Shown here piece after piece: positions 13,519 through 28,195 of a stretch of 64,000 nucleotides of DNA; position 1 is the first letter of the stretch; each line of letters begins with the position of its first letter. This DNA comes from Octopus vulgaris (Eukaryota). The stretch lies in the NCBI GenBank assembly GCA_951406725.2, contig OX597837.1, positions 434,001 through 498,000 on the forward strand. Direction: 5' to 3'. A model generated the notes under the pieces. That model was not told where the DNA came from. It did no database searches and saw only the letters and a list, made by a program, of their open reading frames with translations. The position numbers and the translations under genes are program-made.

Positions 13519-14207
13519 GAAAGAAGGTTTGAAAATGCAATTTAAAAGATGTTTATTTACTTTACCGGTGTGTGCGTTGTGTGTGTGTGTGTGTGTTCTG
13601 TACATTCTTTTCAATTCCACATTTCTGCTAAAACGGACAGGTTAGTGACAACCTCACCACTACAATAATGTAAATCTTTTTGAACTCATAATATTCTGTA
13701 TGTGTATACTGAACTTTTTTTAATAATTCCTCCTGGAAATTACCCTTAGATGTATAATATATTTGTTTTAATCTTTTCTGCCCATTTTTTCAATGAGCTT
13801 GTTACATTTTTTTATATTCTCAACATACGGTTGTCACCAAAGACTGTATATTTATATGGATTATAGTACTCTGTGTCAACCAATATTCTGTGCATGTTTG
13901 AATATACAGATATAGTACCAATGCCAATTCCTTCTGGAAACTATCTTAAGTATGTCCTTGAGAACGATTATTTATGTAATCTTTTTTGCCCAATATTTTA
14001 AGGAACTTGTTGAACTTTTTATATGTCCTTAACATGTCCCTGTTACCAAAGACTGTATATATATATATGTAATGTAGCAATTTGCAACAACCAATAATTA
14101 ACGCAACCAAACTTCCACATGTTACTTTTGACAATCTTTTTCCAAAGAGTGAAACCGGTAAAGTAAATAAACATCTTTTAAATTGCTTTTTCAAACCTTC
14201 TTTCGTA
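13516..14207. repeat. ~53 bp inverted repeat enclosing a degenerate ~200 bp tandem duplication
   Basis: 13516-13568 is the reverse complement of 14154-14207; 13725-13851 resembles 13926-14060. Confidence 0.8.
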
Positions 14208-14246
14208 TATAATTCCACTCGTGCGGTACCCCACAACTCCACTTTG

Positions 14247-14307
<61 letters not shown>

Positions 14308-14427
14308 TACATATATACATATATACATATATATACATTACATATATACATATATACATATATATACATATATGTAATATATACATTATACATTATATAT
14401 ATATATTAGATCATATATATATATTAT

Positions 14428-14466
<39 letters not shown>

Positions 14467-14673
14467 GTAAAATATGTATGTATATATGTAATATATATAT
14501 ATATATAATACAAATAAGAAAATGGAGGAACAAATTCATTTCGATCATCAACTTACAGACATTACAATTTCATATTATTTATTAATTATATAAATAGGAA
14601 CATGAAAATCGAACAAAACAGTATACATCAATATGCAAATTAATAATACAGTAAAAATAATGCAAATACATTG

Positions 14674-14763
14674 CTCCTTACAGCTGTTTCAGTATTATAG
14701 TATAGTCTTAGGCATTAAAGATTATATTTATCTGTTTATATAACCAAAGGCCACGTCAGAGGA
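14674..14763 (-). ncRNA. Degenerate hammerhead motif with long helix II region
   Basis: Minus: UCCU-CUGACGU...GAAA-CAGCUG-UA-AGGA; helix I and palindromic helix III intact, core A9 changed, helix II decayed. Confidence 0.45.
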
Positions 14764-14894
14764 TATACATAATTCCAAAGTTATGATAATATAATAATAA
14801 TAATGATATACAAGAAAAACCTACTTCTCATACTATCCTATAAGTAGAAGAAGATAAATGGTAAAACAGATACTCAAAATACCTATATATATAT

Positions 14895-14947
<53 letters not shown>

Positions 14948-15143
14948 AACACATATATATACACATAAAATATACAAATATACATACATATACACACACA
15001 TGCAGAAAGTACATATTAATCACGTGCAAAAACCACGAAGAACAACATTGAACTGAATATCGCATAACTTTGGATTGTCATGCTTCTTATATATCAGTAA
15101 GTGCATCCTAACGTAATATATTACCATTTATATATATATATAT

Positions 15144-15198
<55 letters not shown>

Positions 15199-15268
15199 AG
15201 GATATACACATGTAAGTATATATTCAAAATAGTACCTATACAAACACAGACACACACACACACACACA

Positions 15269-15306
<38 letters not shown>

Positions 15307-15635
15307 TCACATAACGCCACTGACCCCACACGCGCACACACATATACTTCCATACGTATGTAAATCTATGCAAGCACATATCTGCACATAAATACATGGG
15401 TTAATCGAGAACATTATGTGTATGTGTATATTAAAAAAAATGTATATATACGTATTATATATGATACATATATACGTGTGTGTGTATACATACACACACA
15501 ATCGAGGCTGTCTTTGGCATTCTGGGAACGTTCCAGGTAATTAAAGTAGGAATGGAATATCTCAAAAACACTCTAAACGTTCTGATTGTTTTATCTACGT
15601 CTGAATGGCTGACTTTCTTGTGTGTATAGGCGCAG

Positions 15636-15689
<54 letters not shown>

Positions 15690-15844
15690 ATATATATAAA
15701 AGAAGCATGCATATGTATGTGTGTTTGTGTGTGTGTGTGTGTGTGTGGGTCAGTGTGATGGTATATCGGTGGTGTCCAGAAGTGTGGAGTTTTACACTGA
15801 GAATCCCCTAAGAGCCTTTGTCTGACAACTTCTACCAGTGTAGG

Positions 15845-15884
<40 letters not shown>

Positions 15885-15982
15885 CATACATATATATATA
15901 TACATCTGTACACGTATTTATGTATGTATGTATGTATGTATATATGTATGTATGGATGTGTGTATATATGTATGTATGCATG

Positions 15983-16074
<92 letters not shown>

Positions 16075-16532
16075 TTGCGTTATATCTGTATGTATATGTG
16101 TATATATACACGTATATTTAATGAATTATATATATACAGATATATATATATATATCAATAAGTATGTATATTTATATACATATATATTGCATTATATCTG
16201 TATATATATATATATACACGTATATTTAATGAATTATATATACATATACATATATGTGTGTGTGTGTATGTATATATATATATGTATAAACACGTATATA
16301 TACGTATACAGAAACACATATAAACATAGGCACACGTTGATTACACTCGTGTACCTCCATACATTATTGAGCGTAATATAGTATTTTCAGTTGATTAATC
16401 GCGTGTATTCATATCTACAAGTATGTAGATACACAATTAGATACGTGCATACACACCACACACACATATAATATAGTTATGTATATACGTGTGACCGTAT
16501 AGTTACGTATATATATATAAACACTACACATA

Positions 16533-16598
<66 letters not shown>

Positions 16599-17017
16599 CA
16601 TATATATGTATATACATACACAAATATTTAGTCGTATACTGCGATATACGTCGTACACACATAGTTCATAGAATACGTTCACCACATCCGCAGTGTTTCG
16701 GGATTGATTGATTGCAAGTTCCGTTTGATCAACCCATTCCCCACCGCCCCCTTCGCCACACGGTTCTCCTTCTCGTAGTGGCCTTCCTCCAACTCTCTGT
16801 ATTTCCCATCTCTCCACCAGACACCCGCCCACCACACCCTTCACACTCCAATCTTCACAGTATTCCAAAGCCGGGTCTTTCCGAATGCTGGACACGTCCT
16901 TTGCCTCAATTATCTCCCTTGCCTCTTCTCAAGCATCCTGTCCTCACGTGATTCGTCTGAGGCGTTTACATACAACTTCCTTCACAATATCGATGTGTGT
17001 ATGTATGCACATATGTG

Positions 17018-17085
<68 letters not shown>

Positions 17086-17748
17086 CACACACACTTATAT
17101 ATACATATATATATATATGCACACACATAAATGCACACACATATATATACATATATACATATGTATACACATACATACATACACATATACGCACACTCAC
17201 ACACACTCACACATACATACACACATATGTGTATATCTATGTAGTTTCGTCTGCATGTGTATATGTGTCTAGCTGTTTGTGTGTGTATGTGTATAATGCT
17301 GTATAATAGTGTATATTCTTGTATGCTTATATAACTGTATGCATTAATATATATATGTTTATAGTATCATATGTATGCGTCTATGTGTAACTACGCATAA
17401 TTTTTGCGTATGTACGTATGCATTTATGAATTGGTATCTGAACGCAGGTTCATCTGTATGGGTATATATGTAATTATAATGTATGTCTGCGTTTATGCTT
17501 ATATGTAAATAACAGCAATATGCGTATGCCTACGTCCCGTGGCGAGTGTTAATGCGGACATATATATTAAAGGTATAGATGTATATGTATAGATGTGTAT
17601 GTATGTGTATATGTATGCGTGAGTGTATGCATGTATACATTTGTAACGTAAAATATATATGCGAGAAGGGAAACTGCAACACAAATGTTATATACATTTA
17701 TGTGTGTATATGTATACGTCTGTCTGTTTGTTTCCGTCTGTCAGTGTT

Positions 17749-17785
<37 letters not shown>

Positions 17786-18087
17786 GCATCTGTCTGTCTG
17801 TCTATGTATCTATCTAAGTATATATCTATACATATATATCAACACAGACACACAGACGCACATGAATATATATAGATGCACACATACACACACTCACTCA
17901 CACAACACACACACACACACACACACACACATACGCGCGCACACACACACTCAAACACACATTCACACACAGACTATATGAAAATCTGAGTTGGAATAAT
18001 GTTCCAGCATCCCTTCTGTAAAGATACCTCGTACAAAGCAGTCGATAATTTAAACAGAGCTGTTTATTTGTGCATTTAATTATACTT

Positions 18088-18245
18088 GGACGCAATTCTG
18101 GCTGTGTAGTATAGAGCTTCCTTTCCAACCACATGGTTCCGGGTTGTGTCCCACTGCGTGGTACCTTGGACAAGTGTCTTCTACTATAGCCTCGGACCGA
18201 TCAAAGCCTTTTGAGTGGACTTGGTTGGCGGAAACTGAAAGTAAA
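18088..18245 (+). mobile_element. SINE family A, 5' half
   Basis: Matches 26296-26455. Confidence 0.85.
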
Positions 18246-18269
18246 TGAGTTTGCATGCGCCCTATCATC

Positions 18270-19130
18270 TAAGTAAATCTTTTTAGGTTCATTAAGGATT
18301 GAGACTTCAACTTTATATACGACATTTCTCCTTAAACAGAAACCTTTTAGGGGACAAAGCTCCCTATTACGACAATTGCATGTTTTATTTCCAGGTTTAG
18401 CCTTTCTATTTTTAATATCAGGGTTCTTCTTACTATTCTTCATTTTAAAGTCATCTAAATTATCAGCTCTATTGGTTTGGTTATTTCTCAGTTTAAGTCT
18501 GTTGTTGGTCGTGATTATAGATCCTAGATTGGGTGTGGTTGAGTACGATAATTTAAGACGGGATCTGTTAAATATGGAGTGATATTTATGACCTAGTGGG
18601 AATTTCATATCGATAATGCTGAAAATAATTTAGGGAATTTTCTAACCTGGAAGGAAAAGGGTTAGGTTTAGGGGTATGTGAACCATATAATTTCCCGTTT
18701 CCTCCCTGAGTTGTTCCTATTCTGCCAAGTGTAGTTATTATTATTATAACTGAATAAGTAAAAATGTCTTCTAAATTGTTGTTGGTTTCTATATTCGGCG
18801 GGGTTGTTTATGGGAGGTGTGTCGATGTCTGAATTCGCAATACTTGGAAACCGTTTGCCTATTTTGTTTTTAAATATTGTGTCTTTTACATAATATATTT
18901 TCTCTTGAATCCACTGTCTTTTAGTGATGTGTTATAAAGGGGTGCAAAGTCATCGAAGATCTTTTCGTTTGCGGATAAATTAGATGTTCTTGTCGACACA
19001 CCTTTGATTATTCCCTTAATGACACTTTGGAGATTATTTGATAAGGCGTGGATATACTTAATAGCCTTGTTAGGCTTATGATAGGGACAGAATAAGCCCT
19101 TATCTACATTTAATGTTACGTCCAATATGT
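18270..19130 (-). pseudogene. PLE fragment: RT thumb, linker and start of GIY-YIG
   Basis: LDVTLN..PYHKPN..YIHALSN; FP..HKYHSIFNRSRLKLSYS; CNCRNRELCPLKGFCLRRNVVYK; frameshifted. Confidence 0.8.
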
Positions 19131-19429
19131 TAGCGCATTTATTGACAATTTCGAATATAATATCTAAGTTGTATAACTTTAAAAAAATTAATCAATTTTT
19201 TTCCATTTCCTATCAGTTGCTTGTGCGGAAGAGCCAGATATAGAGAATAAGGAATCGTCTCTATACAGACCTCGACGAAAAAAAGTAGATAACACTTAGT
19301 CGTGTTAACAAAGGGATGTGGGTTCGAGTCCCACGCGGTTAGGAAAGTATACTTTTTTTCTGTCAATATCACTCAATATTAGACTATTTTCCTTAGTTAT
19401 TGCACGGTGATCGCTTTAAGCTAATATAA

Positions 19430-19682
19430 ATACCAGTGGTTGAGCGTTCTGCAAACACAAGTACCCATAACATAGTTCTCAGGGAGAATCCAGCATGACA
19501 TACAGAAAGTAACGTGGCTGCCCCCCTTTGAATAACAGGTGCAACTCACTTTTGTCTGTTGAGTAGAGTGGATCAACTTGAAATAAAAATGTCTAGCTGA
19601 AAGAAAGACACAACGCGTCGCCAGGAATCGAATTCAGAACATTACTATCGCGAGCCGAATACCCGAACCACTAAGCTACGTG
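19430..19682 (-). mobile_element. Degraded tRNA-derived SINE
   Basis: Minus: cgtagcttagtggttcggg...gaattcgattcctgg A/B boxes; related to 54400-54645 and 59212-59400. Confidence 0.6.
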
Positions 19683-19704
19683 TCTTCACACACACACACA
19701 CGCG

Positions 19705-19772
<68 letters not shown>

Positions 19773-19789
19773 CACACCACGTATGCACA

Positions 19790-20160
19790 TATGTTGATTT
19801 TGGCCTCAAAGTCAGTTCGGTTTTTAAGCGAGAATAATACACGAAGCAATTTATTCAATCCATGATATAATTGCCGTTTCGTTCTAATATCTTCTGCCAT
19901 CTTTTGTGCCGATCTATTGTTCTCAGCCCAAAGAATCTTTTGTCTTTACTGACTAAAACCTCTTCCAGGTGATTATTTACACCTGGAAGTAGGTCTGTCC
20001 ATTCAATGAGTTTTGAAGAGACTAATAGAGGTGTAAATCTGAAAATGCAGTGTAGGAAGAATATGATGAAGGTGGTAGGGTGCGACAAAGCTTCCCAGTC
20101 GATCCCTAGTAACTTCTGTTGTGTCTGCAAAGAAGTGTGCAGCCTGCTCACGATACGCAT
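19790..20160 (-). pseudogene. mariner transposase C-terminal relic
   Basis: HTSLQTQQKLLGIDWEALSHP...KRWQKILERNGNYI. Confidence 0.75.
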
Positions 20161-20507
20161 CTGAATTAAAGGAAGAAGCTTGTAGAAGATAATATCCTTC
20201 CGAATCCGCTAAATTCTAACCTTAACCATCGAAGGAAACAACAACAAAAACGACACTCAACTTGTAAATATAGCATTCTACCGATTCTTTCGTAAACTAC
20301 CATGATAAGAAAAAAGAAAACAGACATAAAAATCAGACAGGAAATATCTTGAAAACTGGCAGTAAATGAGAAGCGGATTATTCCCAAACTAAAATAAAAT
20401 AAAAATAAAATGATATAAATGAATAAATAAGGAGGTAAATACAAACAATTCTTGTTGTGCAAAGTGTAAATCGGATCTTGATATCCCTCAGCAGATATGT
20501 GTGTGTC

Positions 20508-20552
<45 letters not shown>

Positions 20553-20814
20553 ACACATGAGTATATGTGTGTATATATATATGGGTATATATGCATATAT
20601 ATGCATGTATATATATATAAATTAAATTAGAGATAAAACCACTATTAGGCAAATCAAACAGTGAAAAACATAAACAAAAAAATAAAAATAAAAATAATTA
20701 ATATAATATACAAAATATATAAAATATAAAATTTATATTATTTAAATTTAAAATTAAAATTATTAATTTATATTTATAAATTTTTATATTTATATATATA
20801 TATATACATATATA

Positions 20815-22303
20815 GTCTCCCGCCTCCTTTTCCCCTCACTTACCACCCCACGACCCTACCTCTCCAACGCACCATTCTTCGAGCTTTCCGGCATCTCCAG
20901 TCTGACCTGTCCACTTCACACCTCTTCCCTAACCGACCCCTCCCCTCCTTCAAACGAGCCCATATCCTATGAGACCTCTTGGTCCCTCCCCAGCTCCTTC
21001 CCTGACCCTACCTCCCAACCTGGCTCGTACCCCTGCTCCCGCCCACGTTGCCGCACTTGCTTTTACCTCTCCAACACCACCCTCCTCTCTGGCATCCATC
21101 ATCGACCCTATCGCATCATCAACTCCTTCACCTGCACCTCCAGCAATATCATCTATTGCATCTCCTGCTCTCTCTGCCATTCCCTGTACATCGGACAAAC
21201 GGGACGCCGCTTGGCTGACCGGTTCGCGGAACACCTCCGTGACATCCGCGTTGCCAACACTCACCGGTCTCACGCCATTTCCGCTCCACCGGTCACTCCT
21301 TGCAACACCTGTCTGTGTTCGGATTGTCCTTGCACAGAGGCCATCCGGACTCCCGTTTGCGCCGTGAACAGGAATTAATCTTCTCTCTTCGCTCTTTTAC
21401 GCCATTTGGTCTCAACTCTCCCCCTTCTCATCTAACCTCCCCCCTCGACTCCTACTTCTCTTCAGTCCTTCATCTTTTCATCTCTACTCTCTTTCCCTCC
21501 TCTTCTTTCCTCTTTCTTCTTCCCTCTTCCCCTCCTCCTCTCCCATCCTTTCCCCTCCCCCTCCTCTTCTCCTCCCCTTCCCCCCTCTCCCCTCCCATCT
21601 CCCCTCTCCCGCCTCCCCTCCCTCTCCTCTCCTTCCTTCTTCCCCCATCACCCCCTCATCTCATCTCCTCCCCCTCATCACTGCTCCCTCTCCCTCATCT
21701 CTCCTCCTTCCTCCTCACATCCCCTCTCATCTCCTCTCTCCCCTCCCTCTCATCTCTCTTCCCTCCTCCACTCCTCTCTCTTCTTTCCCCCTTTCACTCT
21801 CCCCACAACCCCCACTCTACCCCAACCCCAGCCGAACCCACACCCCACATGGGCTTTCCCCACCTCCCCACAACATCACACCACACTACACTACACCATA
21901 CGACACTACACTACACCATACGACATTACACATCACATCATACATACACACGTCCAGACCTTTCATACGCACATACATACTTTCTCATACACACACGCAT
22001 CCTTATGTTGGGGCGAGGTCATTTGACCCTGTTATCTCCCCTACTATCCCTCTTGCGTCTAACGTTTGATCTCTGACTTCTGGCCGAAATCAGACCGCCA
22101 TGTTGAATCGTTAGCTCCTGCACGCATTGTTTTTCTCTCCGTGTTTCTTTCCGTGTTTCTTTTCTGTGTATCTTTCTGTTGAAGAGCGTAGGCTCGAAAC
22201 GTAAAAGACTTGTTTTATTACTATTCCTGAGCGCCATACTAATACAATTGTGTGTTTCTACTCCACCTGCCTTCGTCTTTTGTTTATTTTCGTAAAGCTT
22301 CCT

Positions 22304-22307
<4 letters not shown>
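20815..22307 (+). mobile_element. 5'-truncated Neptune-type PLE: GIY-YIG endonuclease, pyrimidine-rich 3' UTR, hammerhead
   Basis: Translates PCSRPRCRTC...FTCTSSNIIYCISCSLCHSLYIGQTGRRLADRFAEH...RREQELIFSLRSFTPFGLN; both ends abut (TA)n. Confidence 0.9.
22171..22208 (+). ncRNA. Minimal hammerhead, CUGUUGA variant
   Basis: UCUUU-CUGUUGA-A-GAGC(GUAG)GCUC-GAAA-CGUA-AAAGA; helix I perfect. Confidence 0.75.
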
Positions 22308-22354
<47 letters not shown>

Positions 22355-22443
22355 TTATTTATTAAAAAAAATTTTTTTATTAAGTATATATAACTATCCA
22401 AAAGTATCAAAAAGTTTAATATAAGATAAAAAGTATGTATATA

Positions 22444-22501
<58 letters not shown>

Positions 22502-22521
22502 AATATATATTTATATATATG

Positions 22522-22608
<87 letters not shown>

Positions 22609-22610
<2 letters not shown>

Positions 22611-22646
22611 GTTACTCTGAGTTTCTCGTTGCCGTTCATCAGACAG
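22609..22646 (-). ncRNA. Type I hammerhead, canonical core, isolated between (TA)n tracts
   Basis: Minus: CUGU-CUGAUGA-ACG(GCAA)CGA-GAAA-CUC(A)GAG-UA-ACAG; one mismatch at base of helix II. Confidence 0.75.
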
Positions 22647-22741
22647 TTTTTGCTAGAATATATATATATATATATATATATACACACGAATATATATATG
22701 TGTGAGTGTGTATATAATATATACATATGTGTGTACACATA

Positions 22742-23701
<960 letters not shown>

Positions 23702-24049
23702 TGGTGGTTGTCTACTCCTTATGCAGTGTCTGACCACCACTTGTACCTACACCTTAGTTCCATAATTGCATCTAATGTGGCTTTTAAAACTAGACAAAGT
23801 ATTGGAAAGACACCCACATAGATTGCATATCCGATTTGGACCAAGAGTTGAAGATAAATTTTGACCTTTGTGGATCTTAAAATGTCATTTGAGGCCTCCA
23901 TTAGATTTCCAAACCTTCTGGCATGCATTGCATTCAAAGTTGTGCACAGATATATAGGAAGAATAGTTAGTGGATGTTCGTTTTCTATGGGTTCGCAAAT
24001 GAGATTTGAGCCCAGCAAAAGAAAGACCTGGTCTGTCACAAACTGCGCA

Positions 24050-24520
24050 TACGAAAAAGCTCATTGTAATTCACCTCGATCGTGACATTCTTCTTTAAAT
24101 CTCTCTTGAATCTTGCATGTTTTATCCTGGCCTCCTCAAACGCTTTTACTCCACTCCACACTTTTGTTCGGAATCTAGTTCGATCCGAAGCAAGAGTTTC
24201 TGTGGCCTTTGGATCCATTCCAATTGACTCCAAACCGCCAAATGCTTGTGCTGCCGTTCGAATTCGCAGATGCATTTCTGTGTTCAGAGGTTTCTGGGTA
24301 AATGAAAAAGAGTGAAATGTAAAAGAGTCAACAACCTCAAGTAACTTACCTTTAACGAAAATGTCATGGGGTTTCAAACAGCACCATGTGCATGTTGAAA
24401 CTTTACAACTGTCTTTTACAAGTTGATGGTCAAGCCAAAATCAACAGAAGCTGAGTCAAATGCAGATATAAGAGATTGCCGGTCCGTTTCAGAGTGACAG
24501 ACTTGATATAAGAGTTCCCT
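24050..24520 (-). pseudogene. RTE (BovB-like) LINE RT/C-terminal fragment
   Basis: FGLTIN, LEVVDSFT, RIRTAAQAFGGL, ETLASDRTRFR..GVKAFEEAR. Confidence 0.75.
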
Positions 24521-24590
24521 AATGAATGAAGTAAAAACTTTTGTTTTGAATTTCAGTCTGGTCAGATTAAAAACGTACCCTGTTGTTCGG

Positions 24591-24703
<113 letters not shown>

Positions 24704-24938
24704 CCTATCTATCTATATAACCATAGACATACATATGTGGGTGGGTGTTATGCATAATTAAAAGTAGACATGTACTCAAGGACAGGGATTCTGGATGAAA
24801 ATGCTGATTAATCAACAAGAAAACTAAGATACCAGAAAAATAACAAAGATTCTATTACACAGAATTGTTTATCCATCTTTTCTTTGTTCAGAATTCATTC
24901 TTCCACTGTGTAACTAATATATATTAAACAGTATATAC

Positions 24939-24969
<31 letters not shown>

Positions 24970-25134
24970 TGTATGTATGTATGTATGTATGTATGTATGT
25001 ATGTATGTATGTATGTATGTGTGTGTGTATGTGTGTATGTATGTACGCATGTACGTATGTATGTGTGTGTATATACATACGTTTGTATATATACATGTAT
25101 GTGATGTGTGCATGTATATATATATATACATATA

Positions 25135-25228
25135 TTCTTTTACTCTTTTACTTGTTTCAGTCATTTGACTGCGGCCATGCTCGAGCACCGCCTTTATATA
25201 CACTCGGCCATGCTGGAGCACCGCCTAT
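25135..25228 (-). mobile_element. SINE family A 3' end with local duplication
   Basis: Reverse complement of 26665-26725; cggccatgctggagcaccgcct duplicated. Confidence 0.8.
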
Positions 25229-25339
25229 ACATACACTCGGGCATAATTACATACATATATATTTACAATATTTACCTACGTATGAATAAAAGAATATTGA
25301 ATTAGATCTGAAAACATTTAGATATATAGATTATATATA

Positions 25340-25401
<62 letters not shown>

Positions 25402-26195
25402 TCATATATATATAAATAAATACAATATATTTTTATGTATATACATACATAGATACACCTGATTACCAATATATATGTATATATATGTGTGTGTGTATAC
25501 AAACACACACACACACATATATGTATGTATATTAAATATATATAATGGTAATCACTCACATACATGAATACACACAATAAACACACGTATGCATACATGC
25601 TCGCGTATAGTTTCCTGCATACATGCGTACTTCCGACATACGTACGCACAAACGCACTTACTTTCATTCATATCCACATCCGCATAACTCTACATACGTA
25701 CATAGCGCTGTACATTCGTACACACACCTACCAATATGTCCTTAAGCGTGGGAAACACACCTCTGCCATAAATACTGTGTTCATCAGATATAAATCTATA
25801 AAAGTAGATTTTTTCTGAAAAAAAAAAAAACAATCCAACAATCAACAGGAAGAAAAACAAAAAACAACCTCGTAGAACATGTTTTTTTGTTATCTTTAGG
25901 TGTTATGATACTTTAAGTTCTTTATTAACCAACGTATACAAAGAACTGTGAATATATGGCAATGTTATTGATGGCGATGATGATGATTATTATGGTGATG
26001 ATGATCTCTCTATCTGATTATTTATCTGTTTATCTCTCTATCTAAGTATTTAATCTGTGTCTTAAAGAAATGTTTCAAAGAATTAAGTATATAACTTACG
26101 ATACAAGTATCTATATATCTATATGCAAATATATAAATGCTTGTTTATACCTTTATCTATTTACATATACATATATGTATGGACACAAACATGTT

Positions 26196-26257
<62 letters not shown>

Positions 26258-26295
26258 GTGTGTGTGTGTGTGTACATATATGTTTGTATAAATAA

Positions 26296-26460
26296 GGCGC
26301 ATCAGTGGCTGTGTGGTAAGTAGCTTGCTAACCAACCACATGGTTCCGGGTTCAGTCCCACTGCGTGGCATCTTGAGCAAGTGTCTTCTGCTATGGCCCC
26401 GTGCCGACCAATGCCTTGTGACTGGATTTGGGAGACGGAAACTTAAAGAAGCCTGTCATA

Positions 26461-26509
<49 letters not shown>

Positions 26510-26725
26510 GTGTGTTTGTGTGTCTGTGTTTGTCCCCCTAGCATTGCTTGACAACCGATGCTTGTGTGTTTACGTACCCGTCACTTAGCGGTTCGGCAAG
26601 AGAGACCGATAGAGTAAGTACTGGGCTTGCAAAGAATAAGTCCCGGGGTCGATTTGCTCGACTAAAGGCGGTGCTCCAGCATGGCCGCAGTCAAATGACT
26701 GAAACAAGTAAAAGAGTAAAGAGTA
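26296..26725 (+). mobile_element. SINE family A, full length
   Basis: tRNA head with A/B boxes, CORE-like segment, (TA)n(TG)n at ~26458-26520, 3' module, gtaaaaga-repeat tail. Confidence 0.9.
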
Positions 26726-27124
26726 ATATGTATCTATACATCATAACTATCTATCTATCTATCAATCTGTCTACCTAAGATATTATTGTAAAGGTAGCTT
26801 AAGAATATCTACACACACACACACACATACACACACACGCGCGCACGCACACACACACGCACACACACACACACACGCACACACACACACACATCTATAT
26901 TGGAAACACGATTCAATTTCATATTTGCCAAGCGGGTTCTGGGTTTTAACTGCATAAAACCCCTTCGCAATTTGTTTTCGACAATAAATTCCCAAATTCC
27001 CTCCCATCAGCATTTACAGTGTATCTCAACGCTATCTTCAGAACATGGAACAGTTTTCTCTTTTGTATTTACTTTTCATCCGGGACGGTTTTCGTGTATG
27101 TACCCTTTGCAACTAGAACTCTGT

Positions 27125-27260
27125 TTAGCTGTGTGGTAACAAGTTTGCTTCCCAACAACATGGTTCTGCATTCAATACCAGTGTGTAGCACCTTGGGTAA
27201 GTGTCTTCTGCTATAGGCTCGCTCCGACCAAAGTCTTGTGAGTGGATATGGTAGATGGTA
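27125..27260 (+). mobile_element. SINE family A, 5' half
   Basis: Matches 26305-26440. Confidence 0.8.
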
Positions 27261-27264
27261 GATG

Positions 27265-27420
27265 AATGCTTACTGCGTTTTATTTTCATCTCGGTCCTTT
27301 CTTTCGAAGAGCGTAGCTAAAAACGTCAAAGATTTTCCCATTCTTCCTAAGCATCAAACTAATACACATGTTTGTTGTTCTTTCACCTGTTTTCATCGTT
27401 TGTTTTCTGTAAATTTGAAT
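27265..27420 (+). mobile_element. Degraded PLE 3' end with decayed hammerhead
   Basis: ctttcgaagagcgtagctaaaaacgtcaaaga plus actaatacacatgtttgttgtt, as in 925-1070. Confidence 0.65.
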
Positions 27421-27649
27421 TATATGTATATATTCTTTCTTTCTCTCCGGCAACTGGATCGGAATGAATATACGATCCACCATTCTGAAGTTCTTCTGAA
27501 AGCCTGCCTTTCCCTTGCTTGTTTTTCATCTACAAGATGTGATAATCAGTTTGGGGTTATCTTCGTGAACACCTTATATACGTGGGAGAATGAAATATTG
27601 GAGGTGGTCTTCTACAGACCTCTTCATATTCTTCCTCTTCTCCAGCAGA

Positions 27650-28195
27650 CTGCGTTCGTTGCGTTCGTGGACCTTAAGAAGGCTTTAGACAGCGTCGATA
27701 TGTACCACCGACATATCTCTGTTTTCGTCACCCATAAGAGTACCGGTGGAGAAGGGCATCAAACAAGGCGACATCATCTCTCCGAAACTCTTCACTGCAT
27801 GTCTGGAGTAGATTATCAGGGACATCGACCGGCGAGGTCGTATGAATGGCGAACCATTGACCCATCTCCGTTTCGCTGACAGCATCGTGCCCATCGCCAA
27901 GACCACAGATCAGCTATTGACCATGCTGACGGAGTTGGACATCAAAAGGTCAGAAATAGGCCTCAAAATGAACCGCATGAAAACCAAATATTGAGCAAGA
28001 GGCCGGATAGTGGTTGGAGACGATGAAATAGAGGAGGTGGACAAGAGGTGAATATGCACCGAGACATGGAGAAGAAGGTCTCGCGGAGAATAAAGGCCGG
28101 ATGGAAAGCGTTCAACTCCATCAAAGATGTGCTCGAAGGAAAGCTGGATAGGACCACTCGCGCAAAACTCTTCAACTACACGGTTTTACCTGTAA
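27650..28195 (+). pseudogene. RTE LINE reverse transcriptase fragment
   Basis: AFVDLKKALDSV, GIKQGDIISPKLF, LRFADS, IGLKMN, RRIKAGWKAF; stops and frameshifts. Confidence 0.85.

Noticed and set aside
20969-22076. Pro/Ser-rich ORFs
   Set aside because: Alternative frames of the PLE endonuclease and its C/T-rich UTR
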